From Planctomycetota bacterium (lineage in GTDB: Bacteria; Planctomycetota; UBA8108; SXIK01): a DNA stretch of 64,000 bases. Below, in pieces: positions 1-9,891 of the stretch (positions are counted from its first letter, which is position 1; every line of letters begins with the position of its first letter). A program made the translations under genes and the position numbers. The DNA is taken from contig CBDCXR010000004.1 in NCBI GenBank assembly GCA_965223845.1, positions 1,344,001 through 1,408,000 on the forward strand, given 5' to 3'. The notes beneath the pieces are model-generated. The model searched no databases and had not been told where the DNA came from. It was given only the letters and a program-made list of their open reading frames with translations.

Positions 1-301
1 CTCAACGGTACTCGAGAGCGTGGTTGCGCGCGGATGTCGGTGATTCCGGTTCGCGGCACTTTTAGTTGATCTTCACCGTGTTGGCTCAACATCTCTGGCG
101 GCCCGGCGAGTGCGCTCGCCCGGCGGGAGAGAGTCGCGAGGACTCTCACGCTCCACTCGACGGGGGTCCGTCGCGCGCGCCCAGAGGATTCCCGGTAGCT
201 CATGCGACGCGCGGTTGGCTGGGGCGCGGCGTCGGGGAGTATTCTTCTCTGGCTTCGGCGCGGCCGGGGAGAGTTACGCGGACAGTTTTCGGAACGTACG
301 A

Positions 302-1345
302 ATGACGACGACGGAGCTCGAGGGGAGCAGGGGGGCGAGCGAGCCTCGGCGTTCCGTCGGAGTGGTCGTCATCGGCCGGGACGAGGGCGAGCGACTCGTG
401 CGTTCGATCGACTCGCTCGGCGAGTACTGCTCGACGACGGTGTACGTCGACTCGGGATCGACGGACGATAGCGTCGATGTGGCGCGGACCCGAGGCTGCG
501 ACATCGTCGAGCTGGACCCCACGCGGCCGTTCACCGCCGCGCGGGCGCGGAACGAAGGCTTCGCCCGCCTTCCCGAGGAGATCGAGTACGTCCAGTTCGT
601 GGACGGCGACACGGCGCTCGAGCCCGGTTGGATCGAGTCGGCGGCGGCGGCCCTCGACGAGCGCGACGACGTCGCGGTCGTCTGGGGATCACTGCGGGAA
701 CGAGACGCGACTCGCTCCGTCTACAAGCGGCTCTGCAACCTCGAGTGGCAGCGCGAGAACGCCGATTCGCGCATGTTCGGAATCTTCATGGTTCGTAGCT
801 CGGCGTTTCGCGAAGTCGAAGGATTCGATCCGACCGTCGCCGCCGGCGAAGAGCCGGAGCTCGCGCTCCGGCTCGAGGCGAAGGACTGGGCCCTTCGGTA
901 CCTGTCCGCTCCGATGGGCATCCACGACGTCGGCGACATGAGCTTCGGATCCTGGTGGCGGCGCACCATGCGTTCCGGCGCTGCCTTCCTCCGCGCCGCG
1001 GTCGAAGGCGGCGACCGACACGCGCGAAGGGCGATCGGACGCATCGTGTTTTGGACTGTAGGAATCGCCGCACTCGCCGCTCTCACCGCGCTTCTTCTCG
1101 GCCCGTGGGGATGGCTCGGTCTCCTCGCGTACCCAGCTCAAATCGCGCGGCTCGCCGCTCGACGCCATCGCCGCTGCGGCACTTCTTGGGGGGAATCTTG
1201 GCTCTTCGGGGCGGCGTGTGTTTTCGGCAAGTGGCCCGAGTTGCTGGGGGCGATCGGGCAGTCGATGCGATTGAGCACGCGAAAGCGCGCCCCCGAGCCG
1301 ATGATGGAAGCTCCGCCGGTACCCTCCTGTGACGAGACCCGCTGA
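302..1345 (+). CDS. Family 2 glycosyltransferase with C-terminal membrane helices
   Basis: VVVIGRDEGERL, YVDSGSTD, FTAARARNEG and QFVDGD (DxD) motifs; hydrophobic C-terminus. ATG at 302 chosen over the ORF-track start at 110. Confidence 0.9.
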   Translation: MTTTELEGSRGASEPRRSVGVVVIGRDEGERLVRSIDSLGEYCSTTVYVDSGSTDDSVDVARTRGCDIVELDPTRPFTAARARNEGFARLPEEIEYVQFVDGDTALEPGWIESAAAALDERDDVAVVWGSLRERDATRSVYKRLCNLEWQRENADSRMFGIFMVRSSAFREVEGFDPTVAAGEEPELALRLEAKDWALRYLSAPMGIHDVGDMSFGSWWRRTMRSGAAFLRAAVEGGDRHARRAIGRIVFWTVGIAALAALTALLLGPWGWLGLLAYPAQIARLAARRHRRCGTSWGESWLFGAACVFGKWPELLGAIGQSMRLSTRKRAPEPMMEAPPVPSCDETR

Positions 1346-1361
1346 AACTGCGAACGACGCG

Positions 1362-2648
1362 ATGAGACCGCTGCCTAAAGACGCCTGCATCGTTTACATC
1401 ACGACGAACGGAATCGCTCAGCCTTGGGTGGGGAATGAGCTCCGCGTCGTCGGCGAGAAGGGCGTTCCGTACGAGATCCACTCGATGCGCCCCGCCGGAC
1501 CGATTCACTTCAAGTCGGAGTGGGCGGAGAGAATCGACCGGAATACGAAGATCCTCTACCCGCTGCCGGTGATCGAAACAGCGGCCGCGGTCCTACTGGG
1601 CCCGTTTCGCTTCGGGCGCGGCTACTTTCGAGCGCTTCGCTCGGCACTCTTCGGGAAGCGTGAGCACCTGCGCGCGAGGGCGGCGTGCCTCTTTCACTTC
1701 GTCGCCGCATGCGTGTGGGCGACCCGCATCCGAAATGAACCGGTCGAGCACATTCACTCCCAGTGGGCGCACTCGGGAGCGACCATCGGGCTCTACGCAT
1801 CGATGCTTCTCGATCGGAGCTTCAGCTTCACGGGTCACGCCGCGGATCTCTTTCGCAACCGCGTTGCGCTAGAGGACAAGATCCGTCACGCCGCGTTCAT
1901 CGGCTGCATTTCGGAGTATCACGCCCAGTTCTATCGCGACCTCGGCGCCCGCGACGAGCAGCTCGAGATCGTCTACTGCGGCATCGACACCGCAATGTTC
2001 ACCCCGGTGACACCGCGAAGCATCGAAGGCGCGTTCCGTATCCGCTCCGCCGGTCGGCTCGTTCCGAAGAAGGGCTTCCGTTACCTCATCGAAGCGTGCG
2101 CCCTTCTCCGAGAGCGCGGCATCGACTTCCACTGCCTCATCGGTGGAAGCGGGGAGCTCGAAGCGTCGCTGAGAGCTCAAATCGCCGCCGCCGGACTCGA
2201 AGGCTGCGTCGAGATGACGGGAGAGCCGCTCGCCCAGGAGGACTTGCCCGAGTTCATGCGCGAGGCCGACGCGTTCTGCCTACCGTGCGTCTGGGCGGAA
2301 GACCAGGACGTCGACGGGCTCCCGCAGCTCCTCGTCGAAGCGATGGCGAGCGGGATTCCGTCGGTTTCCTGTCCGGTGACGGGCATCCCGGATCTCGTCG
2401 TCGACGACCGGACCGGGCTGCTCGCGCCCGAGCGAGATCCCGTCGCGCTCGCGGACGCGCTCGAGAAGCTCGCGCAGGATGAGTCGCTTCGCCGGCGTCT
2501 CAGCGCGGACGGTCGGGCGTGGGTCGAGAAGAACTTTGACATATCGACGAGTCTCGACGGGCTCATCGACCGATTCCATCGGATGCTCGGCCTGAACGCG
2601 GAGCGCAGTCCGAATGCATCCGGCCAGCGGTCCGCGATTCCCACCTAA
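1362..2648 (+). CDS. Family 4 glycosyltransferase (WcaL-like)
   Basis: HIHSQWAHS, SFTGHAAD, GRLVPKKG and DGLPQLLVEAMASG (GT-B motif). Start is ATG 1362 or GTG 1329. Confidence 0.9.
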   Translation: MRPLPKDACIVYITTNGIAQPWVGNELRVVGEKGVPYEIHSMRPAGPIHFKSEWAERIDRNTKILYPLPVIETAAAVLLGPFRFGRGYFRALRSALFGKREHLRARAACLFHFVAACVWATRIRNEPVEHIHSQWAHSGATIGLYASMLLDRSFSFTGHAADLFRNRVALEDKIRHAAFIGCISEYHAQFYRDLGARDEQLEIVYCGIDTAMFTPVTPRSIEGAFRIRSAGRLVPKKGFRYLIEACALLRERGIDFHCLIGGSGELEASLRAQIAAAGLEGCVEMTGEPLAQEDLPEFMREADAFCLPCVWAEDQDVDGLPQLLVEAMASGIPSVSCPVTGIPDLVVDDRTGLLAPERDPVALADALEKLAQDESLRRRLSADGRAWVEKNFDISTSLDGLIDRFHRMLGLNAERSPNASGQRSAIPT

Positions 2649-2699
2649 AGGTCCCTCGCCGGGACGAGTACGGCGCGGAGGGGAGAGGAGAACCCCACC

Positions 2700-3680
2700 T
2701 TGATCATCACGCAGACGCCATTTCGAGTGAGCTTCGCCGGCGGTGGCACGGATTTGCCCGCGTTTTATCGGGAGGAGTACGGGGCCGTACTCAGCACCGC
2801 GATTCGCCAGCACATGTACGTCACCGTCGGTCCCCGCTTCGACCCGACGATCCGTATTTCCTACATGCAGACGGAGATCGTCGATGAGGTCGGTTCGATT
2901 CAGCACACGATCGCGCGGGAAGCGCTCCGCCATGTCGACCTCGACAGCCACCTCGAAATCACGACGATCGCGGACGTTCCGGCGGGAACCGGCCTCGGTT
3001 CGAGCAGCAGCCTGACCGTCGGAATCCTGAACGCGCTCTACGCCTACCGCGGAATCGTCTCGGGAGCGGAGAAGCTGTCGCGCGAGGCTTGCGAGATCGA
3101 GATCGATCGCCTCGGGAAGCCGATCGGCCGGCAGGATCAGTACGCCGCGGGGTTCGGCGGGCTCAACTACATCCGGTTTTTCCCGGATGACACGGTGGCC
3201 GTCGAGCCCGTACCGTGTCGGCGCGAAGTCATTCAGGAGCTCGAACGACGGAGCCTGATTCTCTTCACCGAGCAGAGTCGAAACGCCGACGGGATCCTCG
3301 AGCAACAGAGCAAAGGGACCGCCGACCGCATCAGCGTGCTGCGACAGATGCGGGATCTCGCCGGCGAGATGCGCGCCGTCCTCGGCGGGAGCGGAAATCT
3401 CGACGAGTTCGCCGCGCTCCTCCACGCGGGTTGGGAGCTCAAGCGCTCGCTAGGTTTCGGCATTGCGACTCAATCGGTAGACGAGTGGTACCAGGCCGCG
3501 CGACGGGCCGGTGCACAAGGAGGGAAGCTGCTCGGGGCGGGTGGCGGCGGGTTCCTCTACCTCCTCGCGGAACCCGAGCGTCACGCGGCGATCCGCGACG
3601 CCCTCGGAAATCCGCGGGAGCTGGACTTCCGGGTCGATCCGCTCGGAAGTCGGGTGATCTTCATCAGCGACGCGCACTGA
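2700..3680 (+). CDS. hddA: GHMP-family sugar kinase, D-glycero-alpha-D-manno-heptose-7-phosphate kinase-like (copy 1)
   Basis: PFRVSFAGGGTD, PAGTGLGSSS (GHMP P-loop), GRQDQY and GGKLLGAGGGG; TTG start after GGAG. Confidence 0.85.
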   Translation: MIITQTPFRVSFAGGGTDLPAFYREEYGAVLSTAIRQHMYVTVGPRFDPTIRISYMQTEIVDEVGSIQHTIAREALRHVDLDSHLEITTIADVPAGTGLGSSSSLTVGILNALYAYRGIVSGAEKLSREACEIEIDRLGKPIGRQDQYAAGFGGLNYIRFFPDDTVAVEPVPCRREVIQELERRSLILFTEQSRNADGILEQQSKGTADRISVLRQMRDLAGEMRAVLGGSGNLDEFAALLHAGWELKRSLGFGIATQSVDEWYQAARRAGAQGGKLLGAGGGGFLYLLAEPERHAAIRDALGNPRELDFRVDPLGSRVIFISDAH

Positions 3681-3686
3681 GATCGA

Positions 3687-4448
3687 ATGAATATGAACGC
3701 ACGGAACGAGCCGGAGCGAACCGCGAAGGTGTTGATGCTCGCCGGCGGCCTCGGGACGCGCCTTCGACCCGTCACCGAGCGTGTGCCGAAATGCCTCGTG
3801 CCGATCGGGGGGCGCGCTCTGATCGATTACTGGTTCGACCTCTTCGCCGAGGCCGGACTCCGCGACGTTCTCATCAATACGCATCACCTCCGGGAAGAGG
3901 TGAGGCGGCATCTCGAGAGCTACCGTGCGAGCGGCGACTTTCGCGTGGAGGAGGCGTACGAACCCGAGCTACTCGGTTCGGCCGGTACGGTCCACGCGAA
4001 TCGGGGCTACATGGACGACGCGGACGATTGCGTCGTCGTCTACGCCGACAACTTGAGCGACGTCGACCTCGGCGAGCTCCTCGCCTGGCACACGGAGCGA
4101 CGGCACGAGTTTTCGATGCTTCTCTACCGCGCGCCGGATCCGAGGAGCGCCGGAATCGCCGAGCTCGACGCCGACGGCCGCATTGTGAGCTTCGTCGAGA
4201 AGCCGGCGAAGCCCAAGTCGGATCTCGCGAACGGCGGCGTCTATGTCGTCTCCGCTTCGCTCTATCGTGAGATCGCCGACATGAACGCGTTCGATCTCGG
4301 CGCAGACGTGCTTCCGCGGTTGGCCAACCGAATGTACGGCTGGTTCTGGAGGGGTTACCACCGCGACATCGGTACACTCGAGGCGCTGCGCGAGGCGGAA
4401 ACGAACGGAATTCAGCAGCTGCGGAAGACCGCGAGGAGCCGCGTGTGA
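3687..4448 (+). CDS. Sugar-1-phosphate nucleotidyltransferase (HddC / Man-1-P guanylyltransferase-like, copy 1)
   Basis: LAGGLGTRLRP..VPKCL, EPELLGSAG, FVEKP and DIGT motifs. Confidence 0.88.
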   Translation: MNMNARNEPERTAKVLMLAGGLGTRLRPVTERVPKCLVPIGGRALIDYWFDLFAEAGLRDVLINTHHLREEVRRHLESYRASGDFRVEEAYEPELLGSAGTVHANRGYMDDADDCVVVYADNLSDVDLGELLAWHTERRHEFSMLLYRAPDPRSAGIAELDADGRIVSFVEKPAKPKSDLANGGVYVVSASLYREIADMNAFDLGADVLPRLANRMYGWFWRGYHRDIGTLEALREAETNGIQQLRKTARSRV

Positions 4449-5026
4449 CTCCGGCTCTGTTCCTCGATCGCGACGGCACGGTCATCGAGCACGTCCACCA
4501 TCTGGTGCGGCACGAAGACGTGCGCCTCATCCGCGGCGCGGCCGCGGCGATTCGCCTCGCGCGCGAGCACGGATTCAAGTGCGTCGTCGTCACGAACCAG
4601 TCGGTCGTCGGGCGCGGCATGCTCACGGAGGCGGGACTCGCTGAAGTCCATCGCGAGATGGAGCGCCAGCTCGCTGAATCGAACGCCGCGGTCGACGCGA
4701 TCTACTACTGTCCGGCGGCGCCGTCGGCATCGGGCGCGTTCGAAGACGAGCACCCCGAGCGCAAGCCACGTCCGGGGATGCTCCTTCGCGCGGCGGGCGA
4801 TCAGGGGATCGATCTATCGCAGTCGTGGATGGTCGGCGATACGAAGACGGACATCGATGCCGGCATCAACGCGGGCTGCGCCGGACAAGTGCTGGTGCGA
4901 ACAGGGCTCGGAGCATCGGTGGAGCGGGACGATCCACAGTGCGGCGAATGGCTCGTCGCGCCCGATCTCCTTGGAGCCGTCGAAGCGATTCTCGAGCGAG
5001 TACGAAATAGGAGCGTTAACTCATGA
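4445..5026 (+). CDS. gmhB: D,D-heptose 1,7-bisphosphate phosphatase (HAD superfamily)
   Basis: LFLDRDGT, VTNQS, RKPRPGML and MVGD...D motifs; GTGA overlap with the upstream gene. Confidence 0.92.
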   Translation: MTPALFLDRDGTVIEHVHHLVRHEDVRLIRGAAAAIRLAREHGFKCVVVTNQSVVGRGMLTEAGLAEVHREMERQLAESNAAVDAIYYCPAAPSASGAFEDEHPERKPRPGMLLRAAGDQGIDLSQSWMVGDTKTDIDAGINAGCAGQVLVRTGLGASVERDDPQCGEWLVAPDLLGAVEAILERVRNRSVNS

Positions 5027-6018
5027 AAGTCCTCGTCACCGGCGGCGCCGGATACGTCGGCAGTGCATGCCTTCGCTATCTCTTGACTCAGGGTTGGGAC
5101 GCGGTCGCGTTCGACAATCTGTGTCAGGGACACCGGGGTGCAGTGCCCGCCGATCGTCTGATCGAAGGCGATATCAACGACACCGAGGCGGTGCGTGCGG
5201 CGATTCGCTCCGTCGGAGCGGAGGGCGTGCTCCACTTCGCCGCGGCGACGGATGTCGCGGAGTCGGTCCGGAATCCCGAGTACCACTACGCCAACAACAT
5301 CGCGGGAACCCTCAGCCTCCTCGTCGCGATGCGGGAGGAAGGCGTCAAACGACTGCTCTTCAGTAGCACGAGCGCTACCTACGGTCTCGCTCCCGAAGTA
5401 CCCATGCGCGAGACCACGGGGCAGAATCCCGTCTGCGCCTACGCGCGGACGAAGCTCGCGGTCGAGTGGATGATCCGTGATTTCGCGACCGCGTACGGGC
5501 TCGGGTTCACCCTCCTTCGCTACTTCAACGCGGCCGGTGCCGATCCCGATGGTGCGAACGGTGAAGACCACGTTCCCGAGAATCACTTGATACCGATCGT
5601 GCTCGAAGTGCCGCGCGGCCAGCGGGAGGAGGTTCTCGTCTACGGCGGGGACTACGACACTCCCGACGGGACCTGCATCCGCGACTACGTCCACACGCGA
5701 GACCTCGCCTCCGCTCACTTCCTCGCCATGAGCCGAACGACGGAGACGACGGATGCGGTCTTCAACATCGGAACGGGACGCGGCCACACCGTGCTCGAGG
5801 TCCTTCGGGCGTGCGAGGAGATCGTCGGCGAGAAGATCCCGCACCGGATCGTCGATCGGCGTCCGGGCGATCCGCCCGCGCTCGTCGCCGACCCGACGAA
5901 GCTAAAGACGGAGCTCGGCTGGGAGCCGGAGTATCCGGAGCTGCGCTCGATCGTCGAGACGGCTTGGCAGTGGCACCAGGCCCATCCGAACGGCTATCGA
6001 CAAGTGGTCGCGCAATGA
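5023..6018 (+). CDS. galE: UDP-glucose 4-epimerase
   Basis: VTGGAGYVGS, YARTK (YxxxK), LRYFNAAGA, DGTCIRDYVH and RRPGDP motifs. Confidence 0.92.
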   Translation: MKVLVTGGAGYVGSACLRYLLTQGWDAVAFDNLCQGHRGAVPADRLIEGDINDTEAVRAAIRSVGAEGVLHFAAATDVAESVRNPEYHYANNIAGTLSLLVAMREEGVKRLLFSSTSATYGLAPEVPMRETTGQNPVCAYARTKLAVEWMIRDFATAYGLGFTLLRYFNAAGADPDGANGEDHVPENHLIPIVLEVPRGQREEVLVYGGDYDTPDGTCIRDYVHTRDLASAHFLAMSRTTETTDAVFNIGTGRGHTVLEVLRACEEIVGEKIPHRIVDRRPGDPPALVADPTKLKTELGWEPEYPELRSIVETAWQWHQAHPNGYRQVVAQ

Positions 6019-7007
6019 CCGAGAACGGCCGGCGGTACTGCCTCATCACTCCGTGTCGTAACGAAGCCGAGTACGCGCGGGTCACGCTCGACAGCGTCAC
6101 GCGCCAGTCGGTCGCGCCCGCGTGCTGGGTGATCGTCGACGACGGGTCGACCGACGAGACCCCGGCGATCCTCGCGGAGTACGCGGAGCGGTTTCCGTAC
6201 ATTCGGATCGTGACCCGCGCCGACCGCGGTGGCCGCAGCGTGGGTCCGGGGGTGGTCGACGCCTTCTACTCGGGTTACGAGGCGATCAGGCCGGACGAGT
6301 TCGACTACGTGTGCAAGCTCGATCTCGATCTCGACCTCCCGCCGGGGTACTTCGAAGGTCTCATGACCCGTATGGAAGCAAACCCGCGGCTCGGAACCGT
6401 GAGCGGGAAACCGTACCTGCGCACGGAATCGGGCGAACTCGTCGCCGAGAAGTGCGGCGACGAGATGTCCGTCGGCATGTCGAAGTTTTACCGCACGCGC
6501 TGCTTCGAGGAGATCGGCGGATTCGTGCGACAGGTGATGTGGGACGGCATCGATTGCCACCGCTGTCGGATGCTCGGCTGGGACGCGCGAAGCTCCGACG
6601 ATGCCGACCTCCGCTTCGTCCACCTTCGAGTGATGGGATCGAGCCAGAAAAGCGTGTTTGTCGGCCGTATGCGCCACGGATTCGGCCAGTACTTCATGGG
6701 GACCTCGTTTCCCTTCATCCTCGTGAGTGCGCTCTACCGCATTACGGAAACTCCTCCGGTCGTCACGTCGCTCGGGATCCTCTGGGGTTACGTGAAGAGC
6801 TGGATCACGCGAAAGCCCCGCTACGATGACACGGAATTCCGTCGCTTCCTTCGGCGCTACCAGTGGCTCGCACTCTTCCGCGGGAAGGAGCGCGCCATCG
6901 AGACGCTGATGCGCGATCGACGCCCGGCCGATGCGCCCCGACCGGACGCCGACGTCTCGTCGCGCGCGTCGGCACCGGAAGCCGTGCGGACGTGCGACGA
7001 GAGCTGA
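6015..7007 (+). CDS. Family 2 glycosyltransferase
   Basis: ITPCRNE, IVDDGSTD and KLDLD motifs; ATGA overlap with the galE stop. Confidence 0.88.
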   Translation: MTENGRRYCLITPCRNEAEYARVTLDSVTRQSVAPACWVIVDDGSTDETPAILAEYAERFPYIRIVTRADRGGRSVGPGVVDAFYSGYEAIRPDEFDYVCKLDLDLDLPPGYFEGLMTRMEANPRLGTVSGKPYLRTESGELVAEKCGDEMSVGMSKFYRTRCFEEIGGFVRQVMWDGIDCHRCRMLGWDARSSDDADLRFVHLRVMGSSQKSVFVGRMRHGFGQYFMGTSFPFILVSALYRITETPPVVTSLGILWGYVKSWITRKPRYDDTEFRRFLRRYQWLALFRGKERAIETLMRDRRPADAPRPDADVSSRASAPEAVRTCDES

Positions 7008-7011
7008 AGCG

Positions 7012-7734
7012 ATGCAAGCGGTGATTCTCGCCGGCGGACTGGGAACCCGACTCGGCTCGCTGACGGCTCAAATCCCGAAGGCGATGGTGCCGATCGCGGA
7101 TCGTCCCGTCCTCCATCACCTCCTCGACGGACTGCGACGAGACGGAGCTCGCGACGTGACGCTCTGTGTGGGTCATCTCGCGGAAGCCATCGTCGAGAGC
7201 GTCGGCGATGGCTCTGCGTTCGGGCTGCGTGTGAGCTACGCGCACGAACGCGAGCTCCTCGGCACCGGGGGCGCGGTGCTGAACGCTCGGGGCGATCTGC
7301 GCTCCGAGCCGTTCCTCGTCATGAACGGCGATACGCTCCTTCCGAAGCTCGACTATCGTGACCTCTTCACCGCGCACGCCGAGCGCAGTGAGCGGGATCC
7401 GAAGGTCGTCGGCACACTCGTCGTCGTCACGCCGGTCGACGCCGGCGCGTACGGCGTCGTCGAGACCGACGAAAATTGCCTGATCCGCGGATTTCGCGAG
7501 AAGGCCCCGGTCGAGGCCGGAACGGGCCTCGTGAGCGGCGGGGTGTACGTTCTTGCTCCCGACGTCTTCGAATTCATTCCGCCGGGTCGAGCCGTTTCGA
7601 TCGAGTTCGAAGTGTTTCCGGCCGTTCTCGCCGCAGGGAAGCACCTCCTCGCGTACCGCCACCGCGAGTTTTGCGGGGATATGGGAACTCCCGAAGGACT
7701 CGAGCGCGTCCGGCAACACTTCGCCGCGGAGTAG
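7012..7734 (+). CDS. Sugar-1-phosphate nucleotidyltransferase (HddC-like, copy 2)
   Basis: MQAVILAGGLGTRL..IPKAM, ELLGTGGA, MNGDT, FREK and DMGTPE motifs. Confidence 0.88.
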   Translation: MQAVILAGGLGTRLGSLTAQIPKAMVPIADRPVLHHLLDGLRRDGARDVTLCVGHLAEAIVESVGDGSAFGLRVSYAHERELLGTGGAVLNARGDLRSEPFLVMNGDTLLPKLDYRDLFTAHAERSERDPKVVGTLVVVTPVDAGAYGVVETDENCLIRGFREKAPVEAGTGLVSGGVYVLAPDVFEFIPPGRAVSIEFEVFPAVLAAGKHLLAYRHREFCGDMGTPEGLERVRQHFAAE

Positions 7735-7890
7735 GGTAGTCTTGGGTAGGGCAGTTTCGGGACGGGGCCCGGTGAAGCTCGAGGACGCGCGTCGGCATCG
7801 CTGACGGTCGCGGAGCGGGCGGGGAAAGGGCCTCGAGCCAGTACTTTCGAACTTAGAGGGCGCCGGGCCGGCGCCGCAGAGGACTCTCGA

Positions 7891-8931
7891 ATGATCATCC
7901 GTAGTCGAGCCCCCTTGCGACTTAGCTTTGGTGGCGGGGGGACGGACGTCTCTCCGTACATGGACGAACGCGGCGGCGCGGTCCTCAGCGTAACGATCGA
8001 CAAGTACGCCTACGCGACCCTTCAGACCGATGTCCACGGCCTCACGGACGGTGTTGCCGTGGAGTCGCTCGACTACGATGTCGTGGCGAAGTACCACTCG
8101 CAGGACGACCTTCAGTTCGACGGATCACTCGATCTCGTGAAGGCCGTGCTGAAGCGGATGAACGGACACGGAAAGGACGCCGGGCTCCGGTTTTTCCTCC
8201 ACAGCGACGCGCCGCCCGGATCGGGCCTCGGTTCGTCGTCTACCATGGCGGTCGCTCTGCTCGGACTCTTCCGCGAGTGGAAGAATCTGCCGTTCACCGA
8301 CTACCAAATGGCCGAGCTCGCCTGGCAGATCGAGCGAGTCGACCTCGCGATCGCCGGCGGCCGGCAGGATCAGTATTCGGCCGTGTTCGGCGGCGTGAAC
8401 TTCATCGAGTTTCTCAAGTCCGCCGTCGTCGTCAATCCGCTCCGAGTCCGCCCCGATGTCCTCCACGAGCTTCAGTACCTTTGCCTCCTCTGCTACACCG
8501 GAAAGACCCGGATGTCGGACGGCATCATCCGCGACCAGATGGAAGGCTACCGCGAGCAACGGACCGGCGTCACCGAGGCGATGGACGAGCTGAAGCGGAT
8601 CGCCGTCGACATGAAGGCCGCGCTTCTTCAGGGCCGCCTTCGCGACTTCGGCGCGTTGCTCCACGACGGTTGGGAAGCCAAAAAGAAGATGGCCGGGCGC
8701 ATCTCCAATCCCACTCTCGACGAGCTCTACACCGTCGCACGCGAACACGGCGCGCTCGGGGGCAAAGTGACCGGCGCGGGCGGTGGAGGATACATGCTGT
8801 TTATCTGCGAGTTCGACCGAAAGCACATCATCGCCGAGAAGCTCGAGCAGATGGGAGGGCAGATCGTCGAGTTCGCCTTCGACTTCGGTGGTCTCCAAAC
8901 GTGGAAGGTCGACGCCGCCGGAGCGATGTGA
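7891..8931 (+). CDS. hddA: GHMP-family sugar kinase, heptose-7-phosphate kinase-like (copy 2)
   Basis: RAPLRLSFGGGGTD, DAPPGSGLGSSS, GGRQDQY..FGG.NFIEF and GGKVTGAGGGG motifs. Confidence 0.88.
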   Translation: MIIRSRAPLRLSFGGGGTDVSPYMDERGGAVLSVTIDKYAYATLQTDVHGLTDGVAVESLDYDVVAKYHSQDDLQFDGSLDLVKAVLKRMNGHGKDAGLRFFLHSDAPPGSGLGSSSTMAVALLGLFREWKNLPFTDYQMAELAWQIERVDLAIAGGRQDQYSAVFGGVNFIEFLKSAVVVNPLRVRPDVLHELQYLCLLCYTGKTRMSDGIIRDQMEGYREQRTGVTEAMDELKRIAVDMKAALLQGRLRDFGALLHDGWEAKKKMAGRISNPTLDELYTVAREHGALGGKVTGAGGGGYMLFICEFDRKHIIAEKLEQMGGQIVEFAFDFGGLQTWKVDAAGAM

Positions 8932-9003
8932 ACGCCCGGGGCGAGCCGCTGTTCTTCGGACGGACTCGTCGCCGGATGAATCGAATCGAACCCTTTGAAT
9001 CTG

Positions 9004-9891
9004 ATGATCGAGTCCGTGTCTGAAGCCAGTGTTCCCGTCGTCGAGATCGGCGGTTGTGAGTTCCACTCCCTCACTGAGAGGGAGAGCGTCGAGTTCATCA
9101 CCGACCGCCTGCGCGCCGACGTCGGGGGATGGATCGTGCCGATGAACCTCGACGTCCTCCGCCAGTACAATCGGAATCCGGAGCTGGCGGAGATGTGCGC
9201 CGAGGCCGATCTTCGTCTCGCTGACGGCATGCCACTCGTCTGGGCGAGTCGCCTTCGCGGGACGCCGCTCCCCGAGCGTGTGGCCGGATCGAACCTGATC
9301 TCGAGCCTCGCTGGCGGAGCGGCCGAGGCCGGGCGTCCGATTTTCCTCCTCGGGGGGGACGAGGGAACCGCGGCCGCGGCGGCGGATGTTCTCAAGGACC
9401 GGTTCCCCGCGCTCACCGTCGGCGGCACCCATTGCCCGCCGATGGGGTTCGAGAAGAGTGACGACGAGATGCAGGCGATGATCGACGCTCTCGCCGCGGC
9501 GGATCCGGGCGTCGTCTTCGTCGCGCTCGGATGCCCGAAGCAGGAACGCCTCATCCGCAAGCTCCGCGAGCGCTTTCCGTCGACTTGGTGGATGGGTGTC
9601 GGCATCAGTTTTAGCTTCTTATGCGGTAGAGTGAAACGCGCTCCCAAGTGGATGCAGAACTGTGGGCTCGAGTGGGTGCATCGACTGGCGCAGGAGCCTA
9701 GGCGGTTGTTCCGCCGGTATATCGTTGACGATCTACCGTTTGCGGCTGCGCTCCTCACGAAGTCCGCCTTTCGCCGCGGTCGAACGGCGAAGCCGGACGA
9801 AGGGGCGACGGAGCAGCGAGAGGGCGTCGGGGACGGAGAGACGGGGAATAGCGGGAGTCGACGGGGTGACGATGGCGTCTCTAAACGGTGA
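9004..9891 (+). CDS. WecB/TagA/CpsF-family glycosyltransferase (GT26)
   Basis: ADGMPLVWAS, ERVAGS, VALGCPKQE and RAPKWMQ..GLEWVHRL.QEPRRL motifs. Alternative TTG start at 8995. Confidence 0.92.
   Translation: MIESVSEASVPVVEIGGCEFHSLTERESVEFITDRLRADVGGWIVPMNLDVLRQYNRNPELAEMCAEADLRLADGMPLVWASRLRGTPLPERVAGSNLISSLAGGAAEAGRPIFLLGGDEGTAAAAADVLKDRFPALTVGGTHCPPMGFEKSDDEMQAMIDALAAADPGVVFVALGCPKQERLIRKLRERFPSTWWMGVGISFSFLCGRVKRAPKWMQNCGLEWVHRLAQEPRRLFRRYIVDDLPFAAALLTKSAFRRGRTAKPDEGATEQREGVGDGETGNSGSRRGDDGVSKR

Noticed and set aside
1-300. Possible gene start on the minus strand, or a small ORF, at the window edge
   Set aside because: Too little sequence and no motif to support a call.
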